Positions 56,043-64,000 of a stretch of 64,000 bases of DNA are shown here, piece after piece. A model generated the notes under the pieces. It ran no database searches. It had not been told where the DNA came from and was given only the letters and a program-made list of their open reading frames with translations. How positions within the stretch are numbered: position 1 is the stretch's first letter; each line of letters starts with the position of its first letter. The position numbers and the translations under genes were made by a program. The stretch spans positions 9,097-73,096 of the IMG/VR virus record IMGVR_UViG_3300020421_002453. One strand, written 5' to 3'. The DNA is from a virus.

Positions 56043-57252
56043 TTTTATTCAACCTTCAAGGAATAATTTAAAGTACTTGAAGTGGAGTTATAACTCGATT
56101 AGAAAGAATCTTGGATACACACATGAAATTTGTATGGCTGATGATTTTTCAGATGATGGAACTTGGGAGTGGATGAAAGAGATATCACAGAAAGATGTTA
56201 ATGTTAAGATACATAGAAACGAAGGCCCTACAAGATTAGGACACACAATTCTATATGATACATTGATTAATGATTATGCCACCAATGATGTTGTGATGAT
56301 ATATCATGCTGATATGTATGCTTGTCCAAGATTTGATGAACAGGTATTAAAACATATTGAACCTGGTGTAGTTGTAAGTGGAACAAGAATAGAACCACCA
56401 CTACATCCTGATGGGCCAGAGAAACTATTAAGAGATTTTGGAATAGAACCTGAAGAGTTCGATGAACATGGATTGATTGAGTTTCTAAACACAGAGGTTA
56501 TGAATCAATATGGTACTGGTATAGTTACAGAGGGAATATTTGCACCGTGGGCTATATTAAAAAGTGATTGGGATTACATAGGTGGACATGACCCTATCTT
56601 TGCACCACAATCAAAAGAAGATTCAGACATATTCAATAGATTTGAATTGGCAGGATTTAAGTTCAAACAAACATGGGGTGGGTTTGTATACCATATGACT
56701 TGTAGAGGTAGTAGATTCAAAGATGGGGCTATGAGAAATCCAGCAGGTCAAGTGTTCATGAAAGGTAGAGAGAGTGATGAGTGGTTGATACAAAATAAAA
56801 AATCTACAAGAGAGTTTATTCGTAAGTGGGGACACTTCGTAAATCATGATGATATGATGAGACCAATAGTACCACCTAAATATGATATTGGTATGGTGGC
56901 TTACAATTGTACTAAAGAACTATTGAGTGAATTAGAGCCATGGTGTAGTAAGATATATTTAGATTTGAGTGATTCAGATTGTATAGGTGAATATAAAAAA
57001 GAAGAACAACCAAAAACATCTACTGATTTGGATGAGAAAATAAAACTCTATGGTAATAGTAAGGTATCAGAGTTACATGATATTTGTATTGAGTTTGATT
57101 GTAATTTATTAAATGCAAATAACTTCCAACACATAGTAAATCTATCAAGTATATTAAAAGATAGTGGACAAGTGGGAGAGTTGGAGTTAGATATATTCAA
57201 ACTGTATATTAGTAAGTTAGATACATATGAAAAGGATTTAATTCAGTTATGA
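56017..57252 (+). CDS. Glycosyltransferase family 2
   Basis: ISFI.PSRN, EI..ADDFSDDGT, HAD, GGHD..F....EDSD. Confidence 0.85.
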   Translation: MKNKYQTISFIQPSRNNLKYLKWSYNSIRKNLGYTHEICMADDFSDDGTWEWMKEISQKDVNVKIHRNEGPTRLGHTILYDTLINDYATNDVVMIYHADMYACPRFDEQVLKHIEPGVVVSGTRIEPPLHPDGPEKLLRDFGIEPEEFDEHGLIEFLNTEVMNQYGTGIVTEGIFAPWAILKSDWDYIGGHDPIFAPQSKEDSDIFNRFELAGFKFKQTWGGFVYHMTCRGSRFKDGAMRNPAGQVFMKGRESDEWLIQNKKSTREFIRKWGHFVNHDDMMRPIVPPKYDIGMVAYNCTKELLSELEPWCSKIYLDLSDSDCIGEYKKEEQPKTSTDLDEKIKLYGNSKVSELHDICIEFDCNLLNANNFQHIVNLSSILKDSGQVGELELDIFKLYISKLDTYEKDLIQL

Positions 57253-57491
57253 CATACTTCATACTAAATAAAAAAGAATCAAAAGAAAATTTAATGTTCA
57301 GTAGTAATCAATTAGGTGAAGAGAGTTTAGGTTCATTTTATCCTGAACAAGGATGGGTGGCACTTATGAATATGATAAACACAAGTCCTGAATCATTAGA
57401 GAACTATACAATATTTGATGAAAAGGGTGGTATGTACACCATCACAGAGTTTCTCGATACAATAGAGAAATTAAAAATAAAAAGAGCTTGA
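57249..57491 (+). CDS. Hypothetical protein
   Basis: 80-aa ORF coupled to the upstream gene. Confidence 0.6.
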   Translation: MTYFILNKKESKENLMFSSNQLGEESLGSFYPEQGWVALMNMINTSPESLENYTIFDEKGGMYTITEFLDTIEKLKIKRA

Positions 57492-57517
57492 CTCGTATAA
57501 TAAAAAATTCGTATATT
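57488..57517 (+). promoter_or_regulatory. sigma70-like phage promoter TTGACT-N18-TATATT
   Basis: Matches the repeated promoter consensus. Confidence 0.75.
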
Positions 57518-57531
57518 AGGAGATATCTAAA

Positions 57532-57693
57532 ATGCCAAAACATAGTTGGGAAGATTGGGAAGAACTCGAAGAAGAAGCCTTCCGAGAAACAGTTCAAACA
57601 AAGAAAAAACCAAAAAGGAAAAAGAAAAGTTATGATGAAATATCTAATAAAGAAAACAAACATTTTAATAAAAAACATCCTACTCGTAGGTAG
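57532..57693 (+). CDS. Small charged protein (53 aa, not in ORF track)
   Basis: AGGAG just upstream; MPKHSWEDWEELEEEAFRETVQTKKKPKRKKKSYDEISNKENKHFNKKHPTRR directly behind the promoter. Confidence 0.6.
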   Translation: MPKHSWEDWEELEEEAFRETVQTKKKPKRKKKSYDEISNKENKHFNKKHPTRR

Positions 57694-58153
57694 TATTTTA
57701 TTTTTAATAGGGTGTGAAGACACTATTACAGAATCCGAACCATTTATAATGAGTTGGGATGCTAGATTACCTATTGATGAAAATGGGTATTATCATTTAA
57801 CAATGAACCGAGATACATGGCAAACAACACATAGAATAAGTGGACAGGCTAGTGGTGAAAATCTTATGGTTAATTGGGAATCAGATTTATATTGGGTGTT
57901 GGGAGATACACTTGGATATATTGTAAAAAGTGGATATACTGATGAGTGGCAATATGTAAGTTACGACACAGTATATGTTACAGGTTTTAGTGGAGAAGAA
58001 GTAAGAACAACGAATTGGACGAGTTATAGTAATTCTAATGGTGAGATAAACAACATGATTGCACCTGTTAAGAGTATGATTGGTGATACTCTAAATGTTG
58101 GAGCCTATCTTGATTACGAATTAGTAGAGGTGTTCAGTATCGTATTAGATTAA
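57632..58153 (+). CDS. Putative lipoprotein
   Basis: From ATG 57632: basic N-region, hydrophobic stretch, then lipobox LIGC. The ORF-track start at 57488 is the promoter -35 box. Confidence 0.65.
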   Translation: MMKYLIKKTNILIKNILLVGSILFLIGCEDTITESEPFIMSWDARLPIDENGYYHLTMNRDTWQTTHRISGQASGENLMVNWESDLYWVLGDTLGYIVKSGYTDEWQYVSYDTVYVTGFSGEEVRTTNWTSYSNSNGEINNMIAPVKSMIGDTLNVGAYLDYELVEVFSIVLD

Positions 58154-58164
58154 GGAGAAGAAAG

Positions 58165-58443
58165 TTGAAATACTACTTAGTAAACAAATTAGATGAGATA
58201 ACTGATAAAGTAGATATGAGTGATGTTGGAGTAAATGGAGCAAAAACATATTTCATAGGTAGAAAACAAATAGATGCTACCGAGTTTGATAAATTATGGA
58301 AAGTGATGAGTAAAGATGAATATGATAAACACTTTAAAAATAATTTACAGAATAGACAAATGGGTAAGATGAAATATAAATGGTGGGAAGAAGAAGAGAC
58401 TTATTTGGATGTAGATGCACCTATAACACAGAGTAAATCATGA
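58165..58443 (+). CDS. Hypothetical protein
   Basis: AAGGAG RBS, TTG start, 92 aa. Confidence 0.65.
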   Translation: MKYYLVNKLDEITDKVDMSDVGVNGAKTYFIGRKQIDATEFDKLWKVMSKDEYDKHFKNNLQNRQMGKMKYKWWEEEETYLDVDAPITQSKS

Positions 58444-58553
58444 TTGAAACAATAATAACAATAGTTTTTGTATATGCATTCTATAGATTGAATGTAAATT
58501 TGGATAGAGATATATTTGAACAATACAGAGATATTGAGAGGGATATAAAATAA
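58440..58553 (+). CDS. Small membrane protein (37 aa, not in ORF track)
   Basis: ATGA overlap with the upstream stop; MIETIITIVFVYAFYRLNVNLDRDIFEQYRDIERDIK. Confidence 0.55.
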   Translation: MIETIITIVFVYAFYRLNVNLDRDIFEQYRDIERDIK

Positions 58554-58666
58554 TGGATACATTAAATGTATGGAATGAATTAACATACTTAGATGGAATA
58601 CTATTCACGATATGGTTAGGAGTACTATATTATGGGAAGTGTTGGATTGATAGTAAATTTAAATAG
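58553..58666 (+). CDS. Small membrane protein (37 aa, not in ORF track)
   Basis: TAATG coupling; MDTLNVWNELTYLDGILFTIWLGVLYYGKCWIDSKFK. Confidence 0.55.
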   Translation: MDTLNVWNELTYLDGILFTIWLGVLYYGKCWIDSKFK

Positions 58667-58675
58667 GAGAATAAG

Positions 58676-58939
58676 ATGGTAGACACAGTATGGATTGCAT
58701 TCGGATGTGGGTTATTGATTGGTTCTATGTTTGGTATTTTATGTTTAGGCTTAGTAAGTATAAACAGAGATAATAAACATAGAGATGAACTTGATATAGC
58801 CAATGGAAGAGTAGCAGATTTGGAACTACAGAGGAAGTTGTTGAAAGGTGAGATTTTTAGATTAACTAAGAATTATAAACCAAGAAAACCACAACCGAGA
58901 AAACGAAGAAATTATAAGAAAAATAATTCGAAAAAATAG
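58676..58939 (+). CDS. Membrane-anchored coiled-coil protein
   Basis: N-terminal TM helix, heptad region, basic tail; AGGAG RBS. Confidence 0.65.
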   Translation: MVDTVWIAFGCGLLIGSMFGILCLGLVSINRDNKHRDELDIANGRVADLELQRKLLKGEIFRLTKNYKPRKPQPRKRRNYKKNNSKK

Positions 58940-59012
58940 TTAAATTTTTTACGAAGTTTTGTATATATACTCTATTTATTAGTGTATTTAAACAAGATAA
59001 CCGAGAAACTAA

Positions 59013-59300
59013 ATGAATCAAAAAGATAGAGCAGAGTTCGAACTAATTCACAACAAAATTGATAATATCACACAATCGATTGATGATTTGAAGGCGGAGA
59101 ATGATAAACAACATGGTGTAGTACATCAAGATATCAAGTTTATCAAAGAAAATCTATTCAATCCACACGAGGGGTTATGGGCAGAAACTAAATTAAACTC
59201 ACAATTCCGAGCTGATACTAAGAAATGGAGATATCCAATAGGAACAGGATTCATTGCATTAGTATTCAAACATATATGGGATATGTTCAAAGGAGTATAA
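59013..59300 (+). CDS. Coiled-coil protein with C-terminal hydrophobic segment (XhlA/holin-like architecture)
   Basis: Heptad N-terminus; C-terminal IGTGFIALVF; preceded by the TATTTAT motif. Confidence 0.45.
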   Translation: MNQKDRAEFELIHNKIDNITQSIDDLKAENDKQHGVVHQDIKFIKENLFNPHEGLWAETKLNSQFRADTKKWRYPIGTGFIALVFKHIWDMFKGV

Positions 59301-59303
59301 AAA

Positions 59304-59344
59304 TGTTACACTAAATAGTGTAACACTTGTAACAAAATTTGACG
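59304..59344. promoter_or_regulatory. Perfect 10-bp inverted repeat plus extra TGTAACA half-site; candidate enhancer (bEBP-binding) site
   Basis: TGTTACACTA-AA-TAGTGTAACA (59304-59325), then TGTAACAAAATTTGACG; ~140-150 bp upstream of a sigma54-like box. Confidence 0.5.
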
Positions 59345-59460
59345 CTAAAGAAACCATCTGAAATATGATGGTTTTTTTACGCCTATTATTTCCTATCCCT
59401 AAATCAAACAATATCAACACATAAAAAATAATTAAAAATAATTCCAAAAAACGGGTAGTT

Positions 59461-59475
59461 TGGTACAGTTATTGT
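59461..59475 (+). promoter_or_regulatory. sigma54 (-24/-12)-like promoter of pilin genes
   Basis: TGGTAC-AGTTA-TTGT versus consensus TGGCAC-N5-TTGC; spacing exact, two mismatches (one in the -12 GC). Confidence 0.5.
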
Positions 59476-59511
59476 AACATATAGGTAACAAGAACATAAA
59501 AGGAGAAAAAA

Positions 59512-60159
59512 ATGTTCAAAAATCTATTAAAAACATTGAAGAGTAGGAGAGGAAACTCACTTGCTGAATTCGCAGTAACAACAGCCATGATGGCTACCTT
59601 GGCAACAACAGCCGCACCTAAGTTTGGACAAGTAGGAGCAGGGGCTAAGGAAAAGAAAACTATGGCCAACATAGATAAGATATTGACTGTTGCTAACAAT
59701 TATTATAACCAAACATTATCTGAAGAGGGAAAAGGTAGATTTCCTGGTCAAGAAAAATATGATATCCAAGTAGGTGGTATCGGTTTATCTGAAGGAACTT
59801 CTACAGATGAAACTCTTGAGGCTTATGTTGAAACTATCCTTGATAATAAAGTATCCTATGATTCAGAGTTAGGTGAGTTCGTATATGTATTCTCACCAAC
59901 AAGTGATGATGATGATGCACTTCAAGGGGATTGGATGAGTTTAGAAACATCAGTTGGATTCGATGGTAATTCAGAAATTGGTGCTCTTGACTTCAAACAA
60001 GACTTTGGTAACAAAGGTATGCAATCACCATTTCAGGATGGTTCATATGCCTATTTAGTAATACCTGGTAGTGGAAGTGGTACATCTGCACAAGCACCAG
60101 TAATCGTAGTAATAGATACTGAAAATCCATCTAAACTACACAAAACTTTAGTACCGTAA
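59512..60159 (+). CDS. Type IV pilin-like protein
   Basis: Class III signal peptide: basic leader, RRG|NSLAEF (E at +5), hydrophobic helix to P22 (AAPKF); strong RBS. Confidence 0.8.
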   Translation: MFKNLLKTLKSRRGNSLAEFAVTTAMMATLATTAAPKFGQVGAGAKEKKTMANIDKILTVANNYYNQTLSEEGKGRFPGQEKYDIQVGGIGLSEGTSTDETLEAYVETILDNKVSYDSELGEFVYVFSPTSDDDDALQGDWMSLETSVGFDGNSEIGALDFKQDFGNKGMQSPFQDGSYAYLVIPGSGSGTSAQAPVIVVIDTENPSKLHKTLVP

Positions 60160-60191
60160 ATCGTAACATAATATCTTGAAAGGATAATAAA

Positions 60192-60632
60192 ATGAAGAAC
60201 ATAATCAAAAACACAAGTAAGGGATTCACATTGATTGAACTTGTAATGGTAACAATCATATTGGGAATCTTGGCAGCTGTGGCAATACCGAGATATCAAG
60301 AGACAGTTGATAATGCTGAAGCAACAGCAGAAAAGGCTTTTGTTGATATGGTGTGGGCAGGTTGTGAACAAGAGGCTAGTGAAAGATTGACTGAGTTTGG
60401 TCTTGAAGCATGGCCTTATAATCCATTAACTACTATTGGTAGAAGTCGTAACATATCAGTTACATTATTCGAGGGAATACCTGATGAAGATAATGAGTGG
60501 CAGTTTCATGTAGATGCAGTTGGGGAACCAGCAATATTTCATCACAGAAGAAATGATGAAATCTATTACTACAAGTACGATTCATTAACATTTGAATTGG
60601 ATGAACTACCTACTCTATATACCAATGAGTAA
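60192..60632 (+). CDS. Type IV pilin / pseudopilin
   Basis: Canonical N-methylation motif KG|FTLIELVMVTIILGILAAVAIPRY. Confidence 0.92.
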   Translation: MKNIIKNTSKGFTLIELVMVTIILGILAAVAIPRYQETVDNAEATAEKAFVDMVWAGCEQEASERLTEFGLEAWPYNPLTTIGRSRNISVTLFEGIPDEDNEWQFHVDAVGEPAIFHHRRNDEIYYYKYDSLTFELDELPTLYTNE

Positions 60633-61047
60633 TTCAATAAACAAGATAGAATTAGGCCTCATCACAGCTATTATAGTTGTGGTGGGGTTTGTTCTCTTTC
60701 AACCTGATACTACATATATTGATGATAAACCAACAATGGAAACATTCTATGATTTTCCACTACAGGCGTGGTTGGATACTGATAGAGGTGGTGATGTTGT
60801 TAAGGTTAGATACTTGGTTGATAGAACAAAAACTAAATTGTACATGATTGATAAGTATGGTAAAATAGTACACAAACAACCAATATCATTAAGTCCATAT
60901 GGAGATAATAGAGATAGAATAGAAACTTATGTATGGAAACTATATCGTACAGAGTGGACAGATAGAATTGGTGCTGGTGAATATGGTATAGTGGTTGGTA
61001 CAGATTACGACCATAGGGGGATATCCATTGAAATCGATATTCCTTAA
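60592..61047 (+). CDS. Membrane-anchored hypothetical protein (possible FlgD-like Ig domain)
   Basis: N-terminal TM helix (likely start ATG 60625); ID.YGKIV...YVW......GEY.IVV pattern. Confidence 0.45.
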   Translation: MNWMNYLLYIPMSNSINKIELGLITAIIVVVGFVLFQPDTTYIDDKPTMETFYDFPLQAWLDTDRGGDVVKVRYLVDRTKTKLYMIDKYGKIVHKQPISLSPYGDNRDRIETYVWKLYRTEWTDRIGAGEYGIVVGTDYDHRGISIEIDIP

Positions 61048-61303
61048 AATATTAAAATACTTTATAATAATATTCTTTTCACTACAGATAATAAGGGGTG
61101 AAGATTCCTTAGATGTTGAACTGAACTTAGATAGTTTGTGGGAAAACTATGAGTGGGAAGAAATCCAAGAAGTTACAGATGTATATGCTGAAGTAGAACA
61201 AATCACAGCAGTTGCAGGAGTTCGTGGTTCAGAAGCCAAGTATGAGATACTCAAATATCTATATTACAGAAAATCAATGAGACCAAAAATAGTTGCAAAA
61301 TAG
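60995..61303 (+). CDS. Hypothetical secreted/membrane protein
   Basis: Hydrophobic N-terminal segment; true start uncertain. Confidence 0.5.
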   Translation: MVQITTIGGYPLKSIFLKILKYFIIIFFSLQIIRGEDSLDVELNLDSLWENYEWEEIQEVTDVYAEVEQITAVAGVRGSEAKYEILKYLYYRKSMRPKIVAK

Positions 61304-61305
61304 AC

Positions 61306-61335
61306 TTGACTCGTATATGATTTATTCACTATATT
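61306..61335 (+). promoter_or_regulatory. sigma70-like early promoter TTGACT-N18-TATATT
   Basis: Repeated consensus. Confidence 0.75.
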
Positions 61336-61361
61336 CACATATGAAAAACAAAGGATATATT

Positions 61362-61697
61362 ATGAATTTAAATGAGACAATTTATTTCAAAGACCATGTT
61401 ATGGGTGTAGAAGAGTTAAGTGCTAACACTCGTGAGATTCCATTTAATCAGTTAATGACAGAATTTTGTGATGACTATGACCCGAATGATAATTGTGAGA
61501 ATTTTGCTGTGGTATGGAAAGAGTATCATGGTGAACTTCAAATAGAACAAATCTATAATCACGATACAGGTGAGATATATTGGGAAGATAATTTTGATGA
61601 TATAGATACACCAAGTGGTAGGGATTGGAATCCAAATGATGAAATACTATATTGTAGTATATTAATGTGGGGTGAATTACAACAAACAATAAATTAA
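61362..61697 (+). CDS. Acidic hypothetical early protein
   Basis: Start refined to ATG 61362 (after AAGGA), downstream of the promoter. Confidence 0.6.
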   Translation: MNLNETIYFKDHVMGVEELSANTREIPFNQLMTEFCDDYDPNDNCENFAVVWKEYHGELQIEQIYNHDTGEIYWEDNFDDIDTPSGRDWNPNDEILYCSILMWGELQQTIN

Positions 61698-61711
61698 TTG
61701 CAAAAAAAGAC

Positions 61712-61740
61712 TTGACATTGGCGTGGATATGTGGTACTTT
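61712..61740 (+). promoter_or_regulatory. sigma70-like early promoter TTGACA-N17-TACTTT
   Basis: Preceded by the same AAAAGAC UP-like tract; TG extended -10. Confidence 0.65.
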
Positions 61741-61778
61741 ATAGTGTAATGATAATGATGATAAGGATGAATTAAGAT

Positions 61779-62003
61779 ATGGATATGGGAACTTTTGCTA
61801 TGGGTTGTATGAATTATGAATTAAATAGAGATACTGGTAATCTACCAGAACACGATATAGAGTTCCAAGCCGAAACAGGTATAGGGCCAACCTATTTAAA
61901 TGGTAGACCACAAACAAGAGAAGAGCAAAGAGAAGCTCTTGAAGAAGATGGAAGAATGACACCACAAGAGATAACAGAGTGGTTAGATTCTTTGGAAATG
62001 TAA
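61779..62003 (+). CDS. Small acidic hypothetical protein
   Basis: 74 aa, AAGGA RBS. Confidence 0.65.
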   Translation: MDMGTFAMGCMNYELNRDTGNLPEHDIEFQAETGIGPTYLNGRPQTREEQREALEEDGRMTPQEITEWLDSLEM

Positions 62004-62015
62004 AGGAGAAAAATT

Positions 62016-62240
62016 ATGGCTAAAGATGCTAAAAGATATTTTGTAAATGTAAGTTTAGAGATTTATGTACCAGACCAAGGTCTTGGGCCTCAATCTACTA
62101 AGAACGAGAACTCAGATGCTGAGTGGTTCGCTAATGAGGTATGTTCACAAATACCAAAGTTGGTAAATGAAGAGTTTAAATACTCAGAAAGACCATACTC
62201 TGTGAATTGGGCTCATAAGGGTGAAGTAGAAAGAGGATAA
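62016..62240 (+). CDS. Hypothetical protein
   Basis: 74 aa, AAGGAG RBS. Confidence 0.7.
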   Translation: MAKDAKRYFVNVSLEIYVPDQGLGPQSTKNENSDAEWFANEVCSQIPKLVNEEFKYSERPYSVNWAHKGEVERG

Positions 62241-62241
62241 T

Positions 62242-62331
62242 ATGGAATTACTACTTAGTTCGATTGTAATTTTATCTCAAGCGATTGCGATAATAATAAT
62301 CTTAGAATTTATAATTAATCAATTATTTTAA
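62242..62331 (+). CDS. Very small hydrophobic peptide (29 aa, not in ORF track)
   Basis: GAGGA RBS; MELLLSSIVILSQAIAIIIILEFIINQLF, a single TM helix. Confidence 0.45.
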   Translation: MELLLSSIVILSQAIAIIIILEFIINQLF

Positions 62332-62339
62332 AAAAAGAC

Positions 62340-62369
62340 TTGACTCATATAGTATTTTATGGGTATATT
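62340..62369 (+). promoter_or_regulatory. sigma70-like early promoter TTGACT-N18-TATATT
   Basis: Repeated consensus. Confidence 0.75.
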
Positions 62370-62374
62370 CATAT

Positions 62375-62587
62375 ATGATAAATAAGGAAAATATTATGAA
62401 GAAAATAAAACCAATACGAAAGAATAAAAAACATACACCAAAGAATGATATCGGTTATGGTACTAAGAAAGAGGCCTTGGCTGAGATTGGTATGGATAAT
62501 ACTGATTTTGATACATTGGATAATATGTTCGGTAATCCTATAGAAGAGTTTGATGATATCTTAGATGGGTTAGACTTACATGGATAA
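62375..62587 (+). CDS. Hypothetical protein (basic N-, acidic C-terminus)
   Basis: ORF behind the promoter; likely start ATG 62396 after AAGGA. Confidence 0.6.
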   Translation: MINKENIMKKIKPIRKNKKHTPKNDIGYGTKKEALAEIGMDNTDFDTLDNMFGNPIEEFDDILDGLDLHG

Positions 62588-62750
62588 TCCATTTAACTCA
62601 AACGACCCACTATGGGAAACATCCAAACATATGAATCCTGATATGATGTTAGTGATTATTGATATGGTAGAAGATTGGGTAGTGAATGAGAAACCAGATA
62701 TCAAAATGATGGATGTGTGTTTTCTAACAAATAACTTTGGGGTGGCGTGA
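62580..62750 (+). CDS. Small hypothetical protein (56 aa, not in ORF track)
   Basis: Overlaps both neighbours (GTGA coupling at the 3' end) and fills the gap. Confidence 0.55.
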   Translation: MDNPFNSNDPLWETSKHMNPDMMLVIIDMVEDWVVNEKPDIKMMDVCFLTNNFGVA

Positions 62751-62962
62751 TGAAAGAAATATTAGAACTAATTAATGAGATAGAATGTGAGTTAGATGAT
62801 TCAGTAAATTCTCTACCTGAGTACTCAAGTACTACAGATAGTAGGAGTTACATAGATGGTGCTCGTAATACACTATATGTGTTGAAAGAAAAAGTAGAGG
62901 AAATTGTAGAGAAAGCAAATGCTTTCGAAAAAGGTTTAGATTTATATAATAGGAATAATTAG
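62747..62962 (+). CDS. Hypothetical helical protein
   Basis: 71-aa ORF. Confidence 0.6.
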   Translation: MMKEILELINEIECELDDSVNSLPEYSSTTDSRSYIDGARNTLYVLKEKVEEIVEKANAFEKGLDLYNRNN

Positions 62963-62964
62963 AT

Positions 62965-63462
62965 ATGAGTTTTGTAGATTATCCAGAAAAACTAAATAAG
63001 ATTCGTAGACAACTGAATCATATACTGAACGACCATAGATACTATCAACCAGATAGTTCACGAGAGTTCACTATCAGTATGTATAATGCTTTCGGTAAAC
63101 GAAAGATAACACCTAAGATGCAAATCTCAATGGATGGAATTATTACTCAATATATTAACTGGCAGAAGAGTGAGAACAAGTTAGATAAGTATGAGAAGTT
63201 AGAACGAATAGAAGACGGAACATATAAGATTAACTTAATCAGAACTCTATTGAGTGGTTGTGGATATCAACCTATGTATGTTGCTCGTAGTGAAGAGTTC
63301 CTAAGTAGTATTGAAAAAGGATTGAAGTTTAATGGTATGTTATCAGTTAAACAAAGAAAAGCACTGAATCAGATGTACAAAAGATTTAAGGCCAAGTGTG
63401 AATCTCGTGGGATACATGATGTTCGTATCGAGATGAAACAAAATAAAGTAAACGCCGATTAA
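62965..63462 (+). CDS. Hypothetical protein with two S.EF..S......L/ITxKQ-like repeats
   Basis: SREFTISM...ITPKM and SEEFLSSI...LSVKQ. Confidence 0.6.
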   Translation: MSFVDYPEKLNKIRRQLNHILNDHRYYQPDSSREFTISMYNAFGKRKITPKMQISMDGIITQYINWQKSENKLDKYEKLERIEDGTYKINLIRTLLSGCGYQPMYVARSEEFLSSIEKGLKFNGMLSVKQRKALNQMYKRFKAKCESRGIHDVRIEMKQNKVNAD

Positions 63463-63600
63463 TTTCAAAGTTTAGAAAAATTTTTGAACAAAGTTAGAAC
63501 TTTTTTTGAGAAGTTATATATGTATATATAGAACTCGGAATAAACCAACAAAGTTTAAACGATTAGAAATTCGGTGATTCACCTGGCGGTGAACACCAAC

Positions 63601-64000
63601 ATGAATCAAAATAAAAGGATAGTTGTAATGACTCGATATAGTAAAATTCACTTAATAGTGATGTTGTTAACTTTTTTATTTGTAAATAAGTTACATGGCC
63701 AAACCGATATAATTCAATCGGAGATTATTCCATATAGATTAGTGCCATCCCAAAATCCAATGTATGGGTGTTGGTTGGAAATTGAGTTAATTGGGTTACC
63801 CGAAAGTGTAGCTCGTGATGAAGAATTAGTGGAATCATTATATCGGCTTGTAGTTCAAAAGGAGACGGGAGAGATTGGATGGAGTGTTGATGAAGTGAAG
63901 TGGAATGGTAGACAGTTCGTGTTGGTTAAAATCCAAGTCCCATCACCTTATATGATTCAACCGAAAAGTGAGATTCATGAAATCGAGGTGATTGAATACG
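63601..64000 (+). CDS. Putative secreted protein, 3'-truncated by the window
   Basis: Open frame from ATG 63601 (or 63628) to the window end; hydrophobic signal-like segment IHLIVMLLTFLFV...LHGQ. Confidence 0.55.
   Translation, partial: MNQNKRIVVMTRYSKIHLIVMLLTFLFVNKLHGQTDIIQSEIIPYRLVPSQNPMYGCWLEIELIGLPESVARDEELVESLYRLVVQKETGEIGWSVDEVKWNGRQFVLVKIQVPSPYMIQPKSEIHEIEVIEY

Noticed and set aside
57488-57631. ORF-track N-terminal extension of the lipoprotein (TTG start at 57488)
   Set aside because: The TTG is the -35 box of a promoter. A different-frame 53-aa ORF occupies this stretch, and the lipoprotein signal fits ATG 57632.
144-61689. The many 60-150 aa minus-strand and nested alternative-frame ORFs in the track
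   Set aside because: They overlap well-supported + strand genes, lack RBS or motifs, and look like shadow ORFs.
1-64000. Cellular (bacterial) origin suggested by TBDR, pilins, groES, clpP and sugar genes; also tRNA genes
   Set aside because: These genes are interleaved with T4-like baseplate and replisome genes on one strand with phage-type promoters. No cloverleaf or T-loop pattern was noticed in the intergenic gaps.

Overview
This is an AT-rich segment of a large T4-like (myovirus-type) dsDNA phage genome, with essentially all genes on the + strand. From left to right it holds: the end of a baseplate module; thyX, rimK and a short family-A polymerase; and a ~410-nt, highly structured, separately transcribed non-coding region. 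Next is a T4-like replication/recombination module (gp32, UvsX, RNase H-type exonuclease, gp41, gp43, gp45, gp44, gp62), interleaved with two orphan amino-MTases, a class II RNR and a TonB-dependent receptor preceded by an H-type pseudoknot. A cassette between the two clamp-loader genes encodes a protein with a permuted ATP-grasp-like domain and three tandem Hint domains separated only by the micro-peptides IPPK, KF and SP, flanked by GNAT, 2OG-Fe(II) oxygenase and sulfotransferase genes. The right part is a ~20-kb sugar-nucleotide/glycosyltransferase island that includes a NamH/CMAH-like Rieske hydroxylase, then a type IV pilin pair behind a sigma54-like promoter, then small early genes with sigma70-like promoters. 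The best candidates for an undescribed system are the tri-Hint peptide-release cassette (27.2-31.9 kb) and the large structured RNA (10.1-10.5 kb). All calls come from reading motifs by eye; no database searches were run.
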